From assembly GCF_001194135.2 (NCBI RefSeq), contig NC_068999.1, positions 27,293,512 through 27,353,881 on the forward strand: a stretch of DNA of 60,370 nt. Direction: 5' to 3'. Positions within the stretch are counted from its first letter, which is position 1; every line of letters starts with the position of its first letter. The position numbers and the translations under genes were made by a program. This document shows positions 1 to 12,395 of the stretch, in pieces. The notes beneath the pieces were generated by a model, which was given only the letters and a program-made list of their open reading frames with translations, did not search any database and was not told the DNA's origin. This DNA comes from Octopus bimaculoides (Eukaryota).

Positions 1-137
1 ATAATAATTGGTGCCGCCTTGTTTATGGCTAGTGTTTCCAGAATCCACTTGTGGGGAACACTGTCGAAAGCCTTTTGGTAGTCCACACAGGCCATACTGA
101 GGCCTTTCTTCTTTCTGCGGCTGTCTTCAGTTATGGC

Positions 138-138
<1 letters not shown>
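1..138 (-). mobile_element. R4/Dong-type (REL) non-LTR retrotransposon RT fragment, runs off the window
   Basis: Hand translation KAITEDSRRKKKGLSMACVDYQKAFDSVPHKWILETLAINK matches the R4-clade RT motif LSMAWIDYxKAFDSVPH; the 5' junction lies in (TAA)n. Confidence 0.85.
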
Positions 139-190
<52 letters not shown>

Positions 191-210
191 CATTATTATT
201 ATTATTATTA
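139..210. repeat. (TTA)n microsatellite
   Basis: Direct reading. Confidence 0.97.
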
Positions 211-229
211 TAACTATAATTTTTTTTTA

Positions 230-1680
230 ATTTTTATCGTTGGCAGTGCTATATTTGACAAGATTATGTGTTTTGGAGATAGTTACTGCATCTTGACTAT
301 TATAGTTATTATTATTGGGGATGTATTTAATTCTATCTTTATATCCTGCATTTTTTAGTGCCATGTTATATCTTTCCTTACGTTTATTAAATATCTCTTC
401 ATTAGAGGAGAGGTTTGAAATTCTTTTACTTATATTTAGTAATAGTGCTTTTTTTATTTGTCGGAGGAGTAGTTACTAGAACTATTTATATATCTTAGAT
501 TAGAGTTTTCCTTTACATACGGCTCATGTAGTCCGGTATTTAGGTTACAATTTACATCCAAATAATTTATAGAATAGTTTTCGTTTTCAATAGTTATGGA
601 TAGGCCAAACCTATTAAAGAATCTATGTAGGTGCTTTTTAAGTAATTTGAGACGCCTATTCGAAAGGTTCTCATCCAAAAATAGTGCGTCATCTCTATAG
701 AGACCTCCAGTTAATTCAGGGAATTCCCTACCTATATTGTCTAAGATATAAAGACCTACTAGATCAGTCCTTTCCGCCGAGTCTGGCGATCCTATTGTAA
801 TATCAAAGAGGTCCGGTATGTCTTTTCTTGCTCATAACTTGTTTTCAAATTGGATAACAGTCTTACGGGCAGTAAGTATTTTGGAAAACCAATCCAATGC
901 TCCTTGTGTGTTTTTCCTTAAGTTGAGTTTAACTTTATTCCTAATTATTGGTAGGTATTTATTTAGTATTATTTTACTAAGTTTGCCTAAGTCAGATTTA
1001 TAGGGACAAATTAGTCTAACCTGTTTTGTAAGGGAAATTCTCCTTGTGATCCTTAAAAGTTATTCGTAGTCTAATAAGAGTAAACGGTTCAGTTTTTTCT
1101 CCTAAATTGAAATCTAGCATAATATTCCTGGCTTCCAAGTTTAACTTTTTTAAAGTAGTATTACGTATAAACTTATATATATATATTTTTTTTGTTATTT
1201 CCCTATATATTAGTTTATGGTATGTGTATATTTCAATATTATATATGTTCCCCGTTTTGTCTGAATATGTTAAAATACCATTTTTGGTATCCAAATTTCT
1301 TATCAGTTCTTTCAATTTTCTTTGGTAAGGATTATGTCTGAGGGGATGGCTCCTAAACTTGATGTTTTTCACTGTATTCCATAGCTATTGTTCAAAATCG
1401 TTCAGGTGCTTGTTATCTGGTGGCGCTTTTCTAGATTTGAATATATGTTTGGTAAGTTCTTGTATTCCATCGTTATTATTTCTGGTGTAGTTGTGATCGT
1501 TGTGAGTTTCTGAGTCCAACTGGGTAATTTTCTTCTCGTGAATTCTATGAATAAATTCGTTTACTCTGAAGATTAATTCCTTAATATATGTGTCTTCAGG
1601 TGGGATATGTATGTCCTTCAGTGATGAGTCCATCTTTATCAAATCCATTTTAGCAGCAGTATTCATTTTCAGGGTGTATT
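230..1680 (-). mobile_element. Penelope-like element 1: decayed RT ORF, GIY-YIG domain missing
   Basis: ORFs 1385-1666 (SSLKDIHIPPEDTYIKELI), 1016-1372 (SDKTGNIY) and 454-678 (INYLDVNCNLNTG) plus hand-read FDITIGSPDSAERTDLVGLYIL, GLYRDD (YRDD at 688-699) and ISKRISNLSSNEEIFN; several frameshifts and stops. Confidence 0.9.
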
Positions 1681-1940
1681 ATATTATACTCAAATGAACA
1701 CACTCTCATAAGCAATGTTATACACAATGCAAAGATATTTTATATACAGATAAGTAGTAATAATAAATGCTTCTCATTCGATTATCAATGCAAGAAAGTT
1801 AGGGGCTGTGAATGCAACCCACTAAGGGATAACATCTATCCAATATACTGCTGGAAGAATAGTATTTTTTCATTGCATGGCAATTACATTACCAAGTGCA
1901 ATAAATGGGCGCGGGTAAAAAGTTATTTTACCATTAATTT

Positions 1941-2743
1941 ATATAGTAATAAGAAAATGGAGGGGAATAGGTGGTATTCATCAACTTGCAGACATTCTAT
2001 TGTGTCAATTTAATTGTTTATTTGTTTACTAAAAGGACAATAATAACAATATACAAACACATGTGACATATTATGTCATATCAGTAATTATTGTCTTTAT
2101 CACTCCAGTAGACTTATGTAATTGATAGGTGAAATAGATGTAATAGAGGTGCATTGATGATTCTCTAGGCCTCTTCAGAGATTTTATAAAGTTCATAAGG
2201 TTAAGTTATAAATATAAAAATATAAAAACCATAAAAACTCACATATATATATACATACTGTGTATGTATGGACATTTGTGTATGTACATTTAAATGTACA
2301 TATATGAACTTATGTGTTTATGTTTGTTTATGTATATCTATGTATATGTTAAGGTATGCATGTATATGTGAGTTTTTACGGTTTTTATATTTTTATATTT
2401 TATATTTATAACTTAACCTTATGAACTTTATAAAATCTCTGAAGAGGCCTAGAGAATCATCCATATACCTCTATTTTATTTATTTCATCTATCAATTACT
2501 TCAGTTTACTGGAGTGATAAAGACATAATGAGGCATGTCACCTCTGGACTGAAACAGCTTTACGTTATCCCATTTTCTGTTACTATATGTCATTCTTATA
2601 ATTACTGATATGACAATATGTCACATGTGTTTGTATATTGTTATTATTGTCCTTTTAGTAAACAAATAAACAAGTAAATTGATATAATACAATGTCTGCA
2701 AGTTGATGAATACCACCTATTAATCCCCTCCATTTTCTCATTG

Positions 2744-2750
<7 letters not shown>
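1941..2750. repeat. Large inverted repeat at the 5' end of PLE 1 (inverted pseudo-LTR)
   Basis: Arm ~1941-2250 is the reverse complement of ~2360-2750 (e.g. GATTCTCTAGGCCTCTTCAGAGATTTTATAAAG vs CTTTATAAAATCTCTGAAGAGGCCTAGAGAATC); the right arm carries an extra ~72 nt (2526-2597). Confidence 0.92.
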
Positions 2751-2790
<40 letters not shown>

Positions 2791-3110
2791 GAGGCGTGGC
2801 TTAGTGGTTAGGACATTCGGCTCACGATCGTACGGTCGTGAGTTCAATTCCCGGCAACGCGTTGTGTCGTTGTGCAAGACACTTTACTTCACGTTGCTCC
2901 AGTCCACTCAGCTGGCAAACATGAGTAGTACCTGTATTTCATAGGACCGGCCTTGTCACGCTATGTGTCACGCTGAGTCTCCCTGAGAACTACGTTAGGG
3001 TACACGTGTGTGTGGATTGCTCAGTCACTTGCACGTTAATTCACGAGCAGGCTAATCCGTTGATCGTATCAGCTAGGACCCTCGTCGTCGTAACCGACGG
3101 AGTGCTCCTT
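2791..3110 (+). mobile_element. tRNA-derived SINE with CORE-like central box, inserted in (TA)n
   Basis: A box TGGCTTAGTGG 2797-2807, B box GTTCAATTC 2842-2850, followed by GCAAGACACTTTACTTCAC...CCACTCAGCTG; (TA)n on both sides. Confidence 0.85.
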
Positions 3111-3141
3111 TATATATACACGTATATATATATATACATGT

Positions 3142-3384
3142 NNNNNNNNNNNNNNNNNNNNNNNNNNNNNNNNNNNNNNNNNNNNNNNNNNNNNNNNNNN
3201 NNNNNNNNNNNNNNNNNNNNNNNNNNNNNNNNNNNNNNNNNNNNNNNNNNNNNNNNNNNNNNNNNNNNNNNNNNNNNNNNNNNNNNNNNNNNNNNNNNNN
3301 NNNNNNNNNNNNNNNNNNNNNNNNNNNNNNNNNNNNNNNNNNNNNNNNNNNNNNNNNNNNNNNNNNNNNNNNNNNNNNNNNNNN
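3142..3384. other. Assembly gap (other gaps: 21478-21487, 22733-22776, 26981-27119, 37709-38019, 55927-56843)
   Basis: N runs, all next to microsatellite or low-complexity sequence. Confidence 0.99.
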
Positions 3385-4104
3385 AAAAATGTATCAGGCT
3401 GGGGTTTAGTGATCGATTTAAACATTTTTTGATCAATAAAGGTTCCTGCTAATATGAAATAGTGTTGCCTGTTTTATATGATATATGCATCAGTAAATGA
3501 TAATGATTATATGTTTTCATTTTAGTTGGATATGGCAAAAACAAGCAAAATCACAGAAGCTAACTGCAGTAGATTGGGAGCTTTGGCTATTTGTAAGATA
3601 GAGGTGAACATATTTATGTCAAAAAGTGAGTAAAATAATTAATGGTAATGTTATAACACATTTTTATCAATCAGACCTGACAGGAAACATTCAGAAGGAT
3701 TTGATTCAATTTAGTAATTCCATTGTTCCAAAAACTTGTATCGATTTTGCACATGTATAAATCAGTGGACTTGTCCATCATATTTGCAAATCTCTTGGGA
3801 TCAAGTGCATTTATTCCTTCAAACAGACAATCAAGAGATTTTGACATTTTTTTTATGACAGTGAACAGAGAGGTTTGGAAACATTAAATTCATTATTTAT
3901 CAAGTCAAATTTTCAAGATAAATTTTCTTCTGTACTTTTATCAAATGCAGTGGGGAAATTTTGATTTATTAAAAAGATTTAATTTTATCATTTGAACTGC
4001 CGGAAAATAAAAGCATTTTTCCCATTGTGGTGTCTCACTCATCTGAATTCCATATTTGAGTGAATAACTAAAATCATTTTAGAGATAAAAATACATTTAT
4101 GAAT

Positions 4105-4290
4105 TGCTGGCTATGCGGCTAGAAAGTTCACTTCACAACCGTGTGATCCCAGGATCGTCCCCGCTGCACAGCAGAATTACGTTCCCGCTGAACGGAAACT
4201 GTTTTGAATCTTGTCCTAAATATATACATATGTGATCGTGTGTGTGGGACTAATTTTTCCGACATATATCGACGAATGATGTAAATATCG
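4105..4290 (+). mobile_element. Decayed SINE family A 5' portion
   Basis: GGCTATGCGGCTAGAAAGTTCACTTCACAACCGTGTG resembles the head of the copy at 20161. Confidence 0.5.
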
Positions 4291-4899
4291 GCGTGGTAAT
4301 AAAAAAACAAAAAGCAAGTGATTTACGAATAAGGTCCTTTGATATATTCGTTCTGTATCGAAACATTTTAAAACCAACTACGTTATCGTTCACTAATTGC
4401 TATATAAAATTAAAATAAATAAAACACCTTTGTATTGTATCCAAAACTTTCATAACAAATTTCAAAATCAGACGAATTGAAATTTTCATCTTCAAATTTC
4501 TTTTTTCGCTATTTGATCATATTTTACCAACCGCATCTCCGACTCTTTATTAAAACACCAGTTTACCTTAAACTTTAATATCCTTAACAATTCAATGTAA
4601 AAATGCTTTAATGCTTTTATGATAAAAATCAAAGTTTTGGTCTTAAACTGTAAACCGTATTCACTTTTAAAGAAGAATTTTTTTTTTTAATTGTTGCAAC
4701 TTTTTTTGGCTCAAAATACAAGTTGTTCTAATATTAAGTGTTTCATGGTGATAGATCATCACTCGAGTTCATTAGTATTTAATTAGGCAACTACAAAAAA
4801 TTTGGCGCTAATCTTCAAGCGTTAGCATACAAATTATAACTTTCTCCAACGAGCAGAGAACTATGAAAAATCTATTTTCAATTCAAGCAAATGTAACAG

Positions 4900-5345
4900 C
4901 CGTTATGTTATGGTAAACAAAATTTTAAATTTTATCCTTCCGTCTTCAAAAATAAATGTTATATACCAGAAAATGAGAGGAGGCATTTATAGCTTGAATG
5001 CTGATGGATCGTTAAGGCTCGACACAGAGCAAGGTCTCTTCCAGATGAGAAATTATCGGACAAAGACAAGAACCATAACTCTACACGAAAAGAAGAAACT
5101 GAAACCTAACAATTAAAAATATAAGTGTTTTCGAATATATACAGAGACTGAAGGTAACAATCCAATATGGCATTGGTTGTGAAGGCTAAAACAAATTAAA
5201 TGAAACTAAAGAACTAAATTCTATCTTACAATCTTACAATAAATGCACATTACAGAAATAACGGACTGAAAAGAACAGAAGATATGTGTGTTGGAGAGTC
5301 GCTGAAGAGGTCACAGGATGTGTGACGAAAGATTTCCGGACAAAA
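4900..5345 (+). mobile_element. Putative decayed PLE 3' end (GIY-YIG tail plus pLTR carrying an HHR)
   Basis: ORF 4910-5116 ends TLHEKKKLKPNN*, resembling the PLE endonuclease C-terminus (ExLxIxxxKPxLN); an HHR motif follows ~190 nt downstream. Confidence 0.4.
5297..5341 (+). ncRNA. Minimal type I hammerhead ribozyme motif
   Basis: CTGAAGA 5302-5308, stem II GTCACA/TGTGAC (5310-15/5321-26), GAAA 5327-30, near-palindromic stem III AGATTT, UUC cleavage triplet 5334-36, stem I GTCG/CG(G)AC. Confidence 0.7.
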
Positions 5346-5349
5346 GACA

Positions 5350-5585
5350 CTAAAAATCAGAAATAATGGTTTCTGGCTGAGGCACAAAGCTAACAGCTTT
5401 GATGGGAGGAGTGTTAGTCGATGCCACGGATTTCAGTACAGTAGTTGACTGGTACTTTATTTTATCTACTTGAAAAACATAAAAGGGAAAGTTGACTACA
5501 ACGGATTTGAATTCAGAGCATGAAAAGCCAGAACAAATACTGCAAAGCATATTTTCCGATGCACAAAGATTCTGCCTGCTCGTGT
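5350..5585 (-). mobile_element. Decayed SINE family B
   Basis: Reverse complement resembles 6533-6724 (GGTACTTTATTTTATC...GGATTTGAATTCAGAGC). Confidence 0.65.
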
Positions 5586-6532
5586 CTAGAAATAATAAGA
5601 GTGACAACCACAACAACGATGACAGAGGAAGCATTCTTATTGTCATAAGTCCACACAGAAATCATTTTAAAATTCCGATGATTTCACGTACAAAATGAAT
5701 TATTGTATAAATGACAAAAATTATTTGAAAACGTTGCAATATAACAGTAATGGCCTAAAAACTTCTTTATGGAAATAATAAATTCTATCTTCGCAGACTG
5801 TATATACGTATCTTTAATATCTCGAAAGAGATGTTTACAGCTAGAACGAGAGGTCAACTAATATTCCTAATTGCGCTCAGAAAAACCCTATCACAATGAA
5901 GAAAGCCTCTGTGTAGACACATCAGAAAAGATATTCGTAAATCAAGAGAAGACAATACAATTTTAAAATGCAGAACGTCAAAATAAATATCACTATCTTG
6001 AAACGCAAAAATATTTACCATTATCGACCTCATCAGCTATCCTTCTTCCAAACGCAACACATACTGGTTTTTAAATAGGGCAGATAAAAGGTTCTCATTT
6101 CATTTCTGGTCTTAAATTTCAAATGAGGTCGCCCTAAATTGTGTTGTGACAATAGACTCTGATTGGAGCAGGTAAAGAAGAGATACACGCAGGCACACAC
6201 GGACTGAGTGACAGAGAGATGGGGGAGTATGCATCTTCAGTAATATAGTTTTAGATATGGATTATTCGTAGAAGTATTTTGTTCGGATTCCTGATTGATT
6301 GAATAAATAATCGTAAACAGGGGAAGTAGTCACCTTGAGCATAATTACGCAAAAAGCATATTTATACAGTCTTTATGTTCTCAAATCAGACTGTTGACTG
6401 CTTGATACTGAATTAGCGATCATGAACAAAGTGTTCTCAAATGTAAATGACTTGATAATTTGCGAGAGTCCGGTGTCTGCATTCTTATCATCGAGGACGG
6501 TAGTAACATGTTAAGGCAATATTATTATTATT

Positions 6533-6724
6533 GCAAGGCGGCAGAATTGTTAGCTTACCGGGCAAAACGTTCAGCGGCATTTCATCCATCTTTGCGTTCT
6601 GAGTTCAAATTCCGCCGAGGTCGACTTTACTTTTCATCCTTTCGGGGTTGACAAAATAAGTACCAGTTGAGCACTTGCCCTCCCTCCCGAAATTGCTGGC
6701 CTTGTTACAAAATTTGAAACCAAT
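6533..6724 (+). mobile_element. tRNA-derived SINE family B
   Basis: GGCAGAATTGTTAGC...TTCTGAGTTCAAATTCCGCCGAGGTCGACTTTACTTTTCATCCTTTCGGGG...AATAAGTACCAGT; recurs at 5350, 18010, 36355, 36561 and 37345. Confidence 0.85.
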
Positions 6725-8044
6725 CTTATTATTACTGCAATGGATCTCTGATAGAGCGGCTATAGTTTTGATGTACTTGACTGAAGAAACAAACACTCGA
6801 CAGCTCCACCGGACAATGTGAATTGACACCGTATTGTCAACAAGCGAAATGGTACATTACTCGAGTCCAACACTTACTAAATATAACAGTAAGCGTACAA
6901 TAATAGGACGGCAGACAGAAATTTTTACAGAAACCAGAATGAAAACAGCAGATATGTCATTCATGTCTGCTTTTGGGAAATGTATCTTATGAGTAATAAT
7001 TTTTTGGCTGGTTTGTTGGATTAACATAACACTCAACGCAGACAAGTCCTAATTTACGAGTACTGGACGATGGGTTTGTGTTTCTGTCTCAAGTTTTTAA
7101 TGGTACTATCATCCAAAGACTTCTACAGTCCAAGAACGGTGAGTGGCCTGATGCTATGGTGATCTTTGAAACGCCCTCCGATGATACGATTGACTGAACT
7201 TTAGCTTTATCGGCATAAGTTCATTAATAAACTGGCAACGGAGCAGAGTTAAGAAACCCTGCTATATGTCTGTAAGTAAATCACAAAATTTTAGTTTGGC
7301 TGAATTGTTCATCTTTCGCTTGCTTAATGAAATTATTTTAATGCAAGTGAAGTGCCACTTTGGTTGATTAATTTCTAATCATCGGTCTTGTTGTTTTTGA
7401 TGTAGGACACTGTTGCTTTTCGAGTCTTGTACTCAAGTACAATCATTAATGTTTTTGCTCATGATTTGTACACTCTACCCCACCTCCTGTTTAATTGTCA
7501 ATGATGTTCTCTCCACAACTTTCTTCACAGTAAACTTGATTGCTTGTAACACGTGTACATAAACACCACTGATTTTGCTTTGCATTTAAATCCTTCAGTG
7601 TGTCAGTTATTTTCATATGATAAAATTCTTTTAATATAGTTTAAGTAGACAGGCTGATATCAAATTAGTGGACAGACAGACACCTAATAATTTTAGGCGG
7701 AACAAAAGTTACTGTCGTTGCACCAGTGTTGGTAATACCTTTATGTAATGTGACACGTTCTTCAGTTATTCAAAATCACTTCTAATTATTATAAACAAAA
7801 CGGTAGAGTCAGTACTAAGCTGTGTGCGCAGAACGATACAGAAATGGGGATAGCAGCTAGAAATGGACATTTATATAAGGTATTACCAGGAAAAACTATC
7901 GTCACCGATATAAAATTGGGGGCGCTACTATACAGCATTTATCTAAGAGACTGAAGAACAGGTATCCAACGCTGTGTTTCAGACATTAATTTTATACATT
8001 CTATTAATGCTAAGGCAAAAAAAAAGAATAACTACAATTAATGG

Positions 8045-8225
8045 AAGGAGAATCTCTGAATGATGCTCTGTCATGGTTGTGATTTATATATCTGGAAGGA
8101 AAGGGGATTTCCATCTCTAGCTCGATGTTACAGAAAGAAAAGTGTTGTCAGAGTTACTGAATGAATCCATGCCGATGAAACATAAGAGTCTGACCACTGG
8201 CTGGCTACAACGTTTCAAAGTCCGT
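8045..8225 (+). pseudogene. pogo/Tigger transposase CENP-B-type HTH fragment
   Basis: Hand translation ESLNDALSWL*FIYLEGKGISISSSMLQKEK...LTTGWLQRFKVR matches the HTH_Tnp_Tc5 pattern LDxALxxWF...GxPISGxxLQEKA...GWLxRFK. Confidence 0.7.
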
Positions 8226-8900
8226 CTGTCATCAGGCTACTCAATGCAGAAATCAGAGAATGACAGCACCATAGAAAAATTCATTCAAAATATATGTTAA
8301 TTTTCCACAACTAAACCAGTCCAGGCAGAACCTCTAGGCAGACTCAGACAGAATTTTGGGGCAGTCTTGTTTACAATTAAAAGTAAATTAAACCAGGTGG
8401 TTGATAATTATTTCTCTAAATATGATGCATACCATTGTATGCGACTTATAATGGGTTTCAATACTCGCGCGGTGCTTATGTTTTATGCATAACACTGCAT
8501 CAATCACAAAGAATAAAATAAATTTTAAATATTAAAAAGCTTCAAACTATGATTGTAAATTATACGAGTATAAGTACATTACTTTGATGCTTTCTATAAT
8601 TATTTCTTTTGATTGACATTGTGTTGTGTATAAACTAATATTGTTTAATTTATGAAAAATTAAACAATCAACTATCATAATAGCTTAATTCCTGGCTGCT
8701 TAATATAGCAGTTGAATTGATATGCGGTCAATTAGGAAAAGACATTCAGTACGTTTTCTCTGAGATGCGTCAACATATAGGAAACCGGTTCAAGAAATTT
8801 TTCCCAGTATTTTCTGCTCATTCTAATAGTAATGTGTTTACCTTCTTATAAATTTTCATCACAGTTGAAGGCTTTCTCTGATTTAACGCACACGCACATG

Positions 8901-8940
<40 letters not shown>

Positions 8941-9076
8941 CGCGTGGTGAATAACAAGTACATATCTTAATACAAATGACATTGGTTATTTCCCATTTTT
9001 ATGTTTGCACATTTTATCAGTTAAGGCCGCAAAATTTATTTAGGAGGATTAAAAGGTTAAATAAGATGGTATAATG

Positions 9077-9169
9077 TTCTTCTTCTTCTTCTTCTTCTTC
9101 TTCTTCTTCTTCTTCTTCTTCTTCTTCTTCTTCTTCTTCTTCTTCTTCTTCTTCATCATCATCATCATC
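9077..9169. repeat. Compound (TTC)n-(ATC)n microsatellite
   Basis: Direct reading. Confidence 0.97.
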
Positions 9170-10634
9170 CATCGTGAATTCTTCCTTTCTCCATTATCAT
9201 CATGTTCCTCGTTTTCTCGCATATTCTTCATTTCAATAAATACTCATAGCCGTAATATAGTTTGACTAATAAATTAGTGATAATGAAAGTCATTTGATTA
9301 ATAAATTACAAACTCCTCCATGTTGCTCCGATACGAGTGATGGTTTAGAGGGAAATGAAGTGAAAAGTAACGAAACACCGGATTAACTTATTGTTAAGTG
9401 TTAGCGTAAGAAAAATTTATTGGTGGATATATTTGCTATGTTGTAAATGATAATTGAAACAATTGATAATTTGTGTTGCAAATCACAAGATACTGTGCTT
9501 TATATAAATCATATTTTTCCTTGTTTTCTTGTTTAATTTTTTTTCTCTTTTATAAAACGTTTTGAATCGATATTTTGACTGTTCATTTTTATGACTAGTT
9601 GATACGCATGGTATTTGCTAAGATGAAAGTGCTGTGATATCACCTCGGTCTGCTAAATTCAAAATTGGTGCCATAAGCGTGGATAATTCATATAACTAAG
9701 ACATCCCATTACAATTTGTTTATATCTGAGCAAACGTTTTTAATTTTAATGGTTTCTAAACCGAAAGAACGTTTATTCCTCAACCCATGCAAAATATCTT
9801 ACCCTATTACAAAACATTTATGAATATATTGTTTTGATATTAGGATGGCTAACGTTCATGAGCTGACAGATACAATTTTTCTTCAAAACTAAATTCAAAC
9901 AATTAGTAGTCCATATTGAAATAAATGTATTTGTCGCATTTATGTCGCCTAAAGTGTCTTAAGTTCAGAAAAATTTATCGAATTTTGCAATAGACATGAA
10001 CCCCTCATCTGCTGGATGTAAAACCTTTATTAATTTTCTTATGCTAGAGATGTATCTTATTCCTCTGTTTGGTGTAATTACCCAAGTCCGACATTCCTAA
10101 TTTTTCAAGAAGCAATAATACTACCTACACCCAAATGACTGTATTGTCCTAATAAAAAAATCCAAAGGAGAACTGAGTGAATTTCAGCTTATAGAATTTC
10201 ATAAGTCAATTAGCTTTTCGACATGTCTTGCTTAATTTTGCCCAACAATGAAAAGGGAAATAAATTACAATATAACATGTCTATCTGGAACAACAGTATC
10301 AACTTATAGTGTGAGGTATACTCGAACTTTCTTAATTACGATGATCTCATGTATGTAAACGTTAAATTGTATATTTTCAAAAGGTTACCTTTGACGCATA
10401 GAAAACCATACGCGCAACTATTAGTACAAATATTGGAAAAGGGTTATGGTAATCTCATTAGTGATGCAAGCATACCAAGTAAGACAGTAAATATATAAAC
10501 TTTGAAATACCTGTCTACATTTTATGGTGCATATCCTAAAATGCTTGCATTTGTTGTTATGTTTGTACGCGTAATAATATTTATACACAAGCACACACAC
10601 ACTTACACATGTTCACATCTCTGTTTATAGAAAA

Positions 10635-11845
10635 CTAGCAAATGCACCCGTCCTTTGGACGGTTTAAGTTGCTTTGTTAGTATGTTTTTCACCAAATAAT
10701 TGATCTACAGAGAAGGTCTATGTTTCCAATTAACCTAGGAACAGAAAACCAAATTGAAGGCTAGTTATTGTGGAGGTTGTTGCACTTTAATGATCAAAGA
10801 ACATCTAAGTTTGCAAGCGATAGAAAGTAGAGCTACTGAAGTGTTTTGGCAGTAGATTATGGATAATGACTACAAAATATAGATGCTTTACATGAAAGCG
10901 AAATTTCTTGTCAGAAACAGCTACATAAATGGTGTAAGGAAATTGGAGGAAGACGTTGAAACTTCTCTGCGAGTTTATTTTATTGAACAGCATAGGGAGC
11001 TATCTTTTCAGAGAGAAGTATGATTGATACATTAAAAAATGGCAAAAATACTTGAAAAAGTAGAGTTAAAGGGATGTACTTGCTACGTGTTTACAGTGTA
11101 CGACCACTCTGAAATTGACTTCAGGTAACGAAAAAGAAGACATGAAGAGTTTGACTTCAGTTCACAAATACTACTTTGAATCTTTAGCAGTTTTCAGTGA
11201 AAAGATGTCGCGTTCGAAATATAATGGATGGGTAAATAAGCATCCTTAAAGTGAAACAACGCGTTGGTAGGTAAACAAAGGTGTCAACAAAAAGAAGAGA
11301 GGGAAGGGAACATCACCTTTCAAGTAACTCAGGATTAGTAAAGGTAAGCTTGCCAAAGTTTAATGCAGTTTAAATATGGCGATTAAGATTGTTTGGTATT
11401 GGATATTCATCGCGTACTAGTCAATTTAATCAAGGTGGACAGTCGAAATAAATACATAGACAAAATCCTTTCACTTTTATAACATTCTCTAACCAAGTAA
11501 TAATGCACAATTACAACATAGAAATAAATAATAAATCCAAGATATGTGAAAACCACTAAAAAATATTCTCTAATGCTAATATACGACCATATAGATTTAA
11601 AAAGTATGGAATATCCTACATACAAAAACTATGTGCATACAACGAGTTAGAGAAAAACCCGTCTAAACTACCGTTGGCCCGGTTTGTCTATTTACGCGGG
11701 AGCTTTGGGCAAAATGTTACAGTGCATGACCATCCTTGAGACATAAGTAATGTGTGTGTGAAGTTTGGTGAAAATCGGTTGAGAATTGTGGAAATGTATG
11801 CGTTACTCAATATACACACACATACTGTGATTTATATATACTAGA
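10635..11845 (-). mobile_element. Non-autonomous Helitron, 1211 bp
   Basis: On the minus strand: A|TC 5' end at 11845, 3' end CTAG|T at 10635, perfect 6-bp hairpin CCGTCC-TTT-GGACGG at 10648-10662 just inside the 3' end; short (CA)n near the 5' end. Confidence 0.8.
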
Positions 11846-11953
11846 TATCACAATCAGTGGATATATCATTTAATGTTTATTTATTAATTGTCTCCTTTGG
11901 TTGTGATATCTATTAATACAAACATCATTTTAAATTCGATGTTTTAATTGTAA

Positions 11954-11978
11954 TCTGTCTGTCTGTCTGTCTGCCTGC

Positions 11979-12013
<35 letters not shown>

Positions 12014-12038
12014 TCTATCTGTCTGTCTATCTGTCTAT
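11954..12038. repeat. (TCTG)n/(TCTA)n microsatellite
   Basis: Direct reading. Confidence 0.95.
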
Positions 12039-12263
12039 ATAAAACAGATTTGTAGCAACATAAATTATGCAATATGTACAAAATTTTCAGATATTATTTT
12101 CCTATGTCTCTGATAAAACATGCAATGCTTTAAGTGCTGTAGTTTGAAATTGCTTCTGAAGCATGTACTTAACCCAAAACAAAAGAATATGTGGTATTCC
12201 TCCAGCATTAGATGCACGATAATCAGTAAAGCCAAAAGTCGCACAAGCCCTTTCACATTTCAA

Positions 12264-12395
<132 letters not shown>

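Noticed and set aside
2791-2860. Possible tRNA genes (also 41951-42022)
   Set aside because: A and B boxes are present, but acceptor stems do not close and they continue into SINE bodies; treated as SINE heads.
3525-3625. Possible exon (TTTTAG...GTAAGA or GTGAGT)
   Set aside because: Two alternative donors and frames, no recognisable protein, no partner exons.
7044-7195. Open frame SPNLRVLDDGFVFLSQ... with a GTGAGT donor
   Set aside because: Weak acceptor and no recognisable homology; cannot be supported.
8200-8240. Minus-strand CTGATGA...GAAACGTT hammerhead-like pattern
   Set aside because: Stem I and stem II barely pair, and the motif coincides with Tigger HTH codons (GWLQRFKVR); probably chance.
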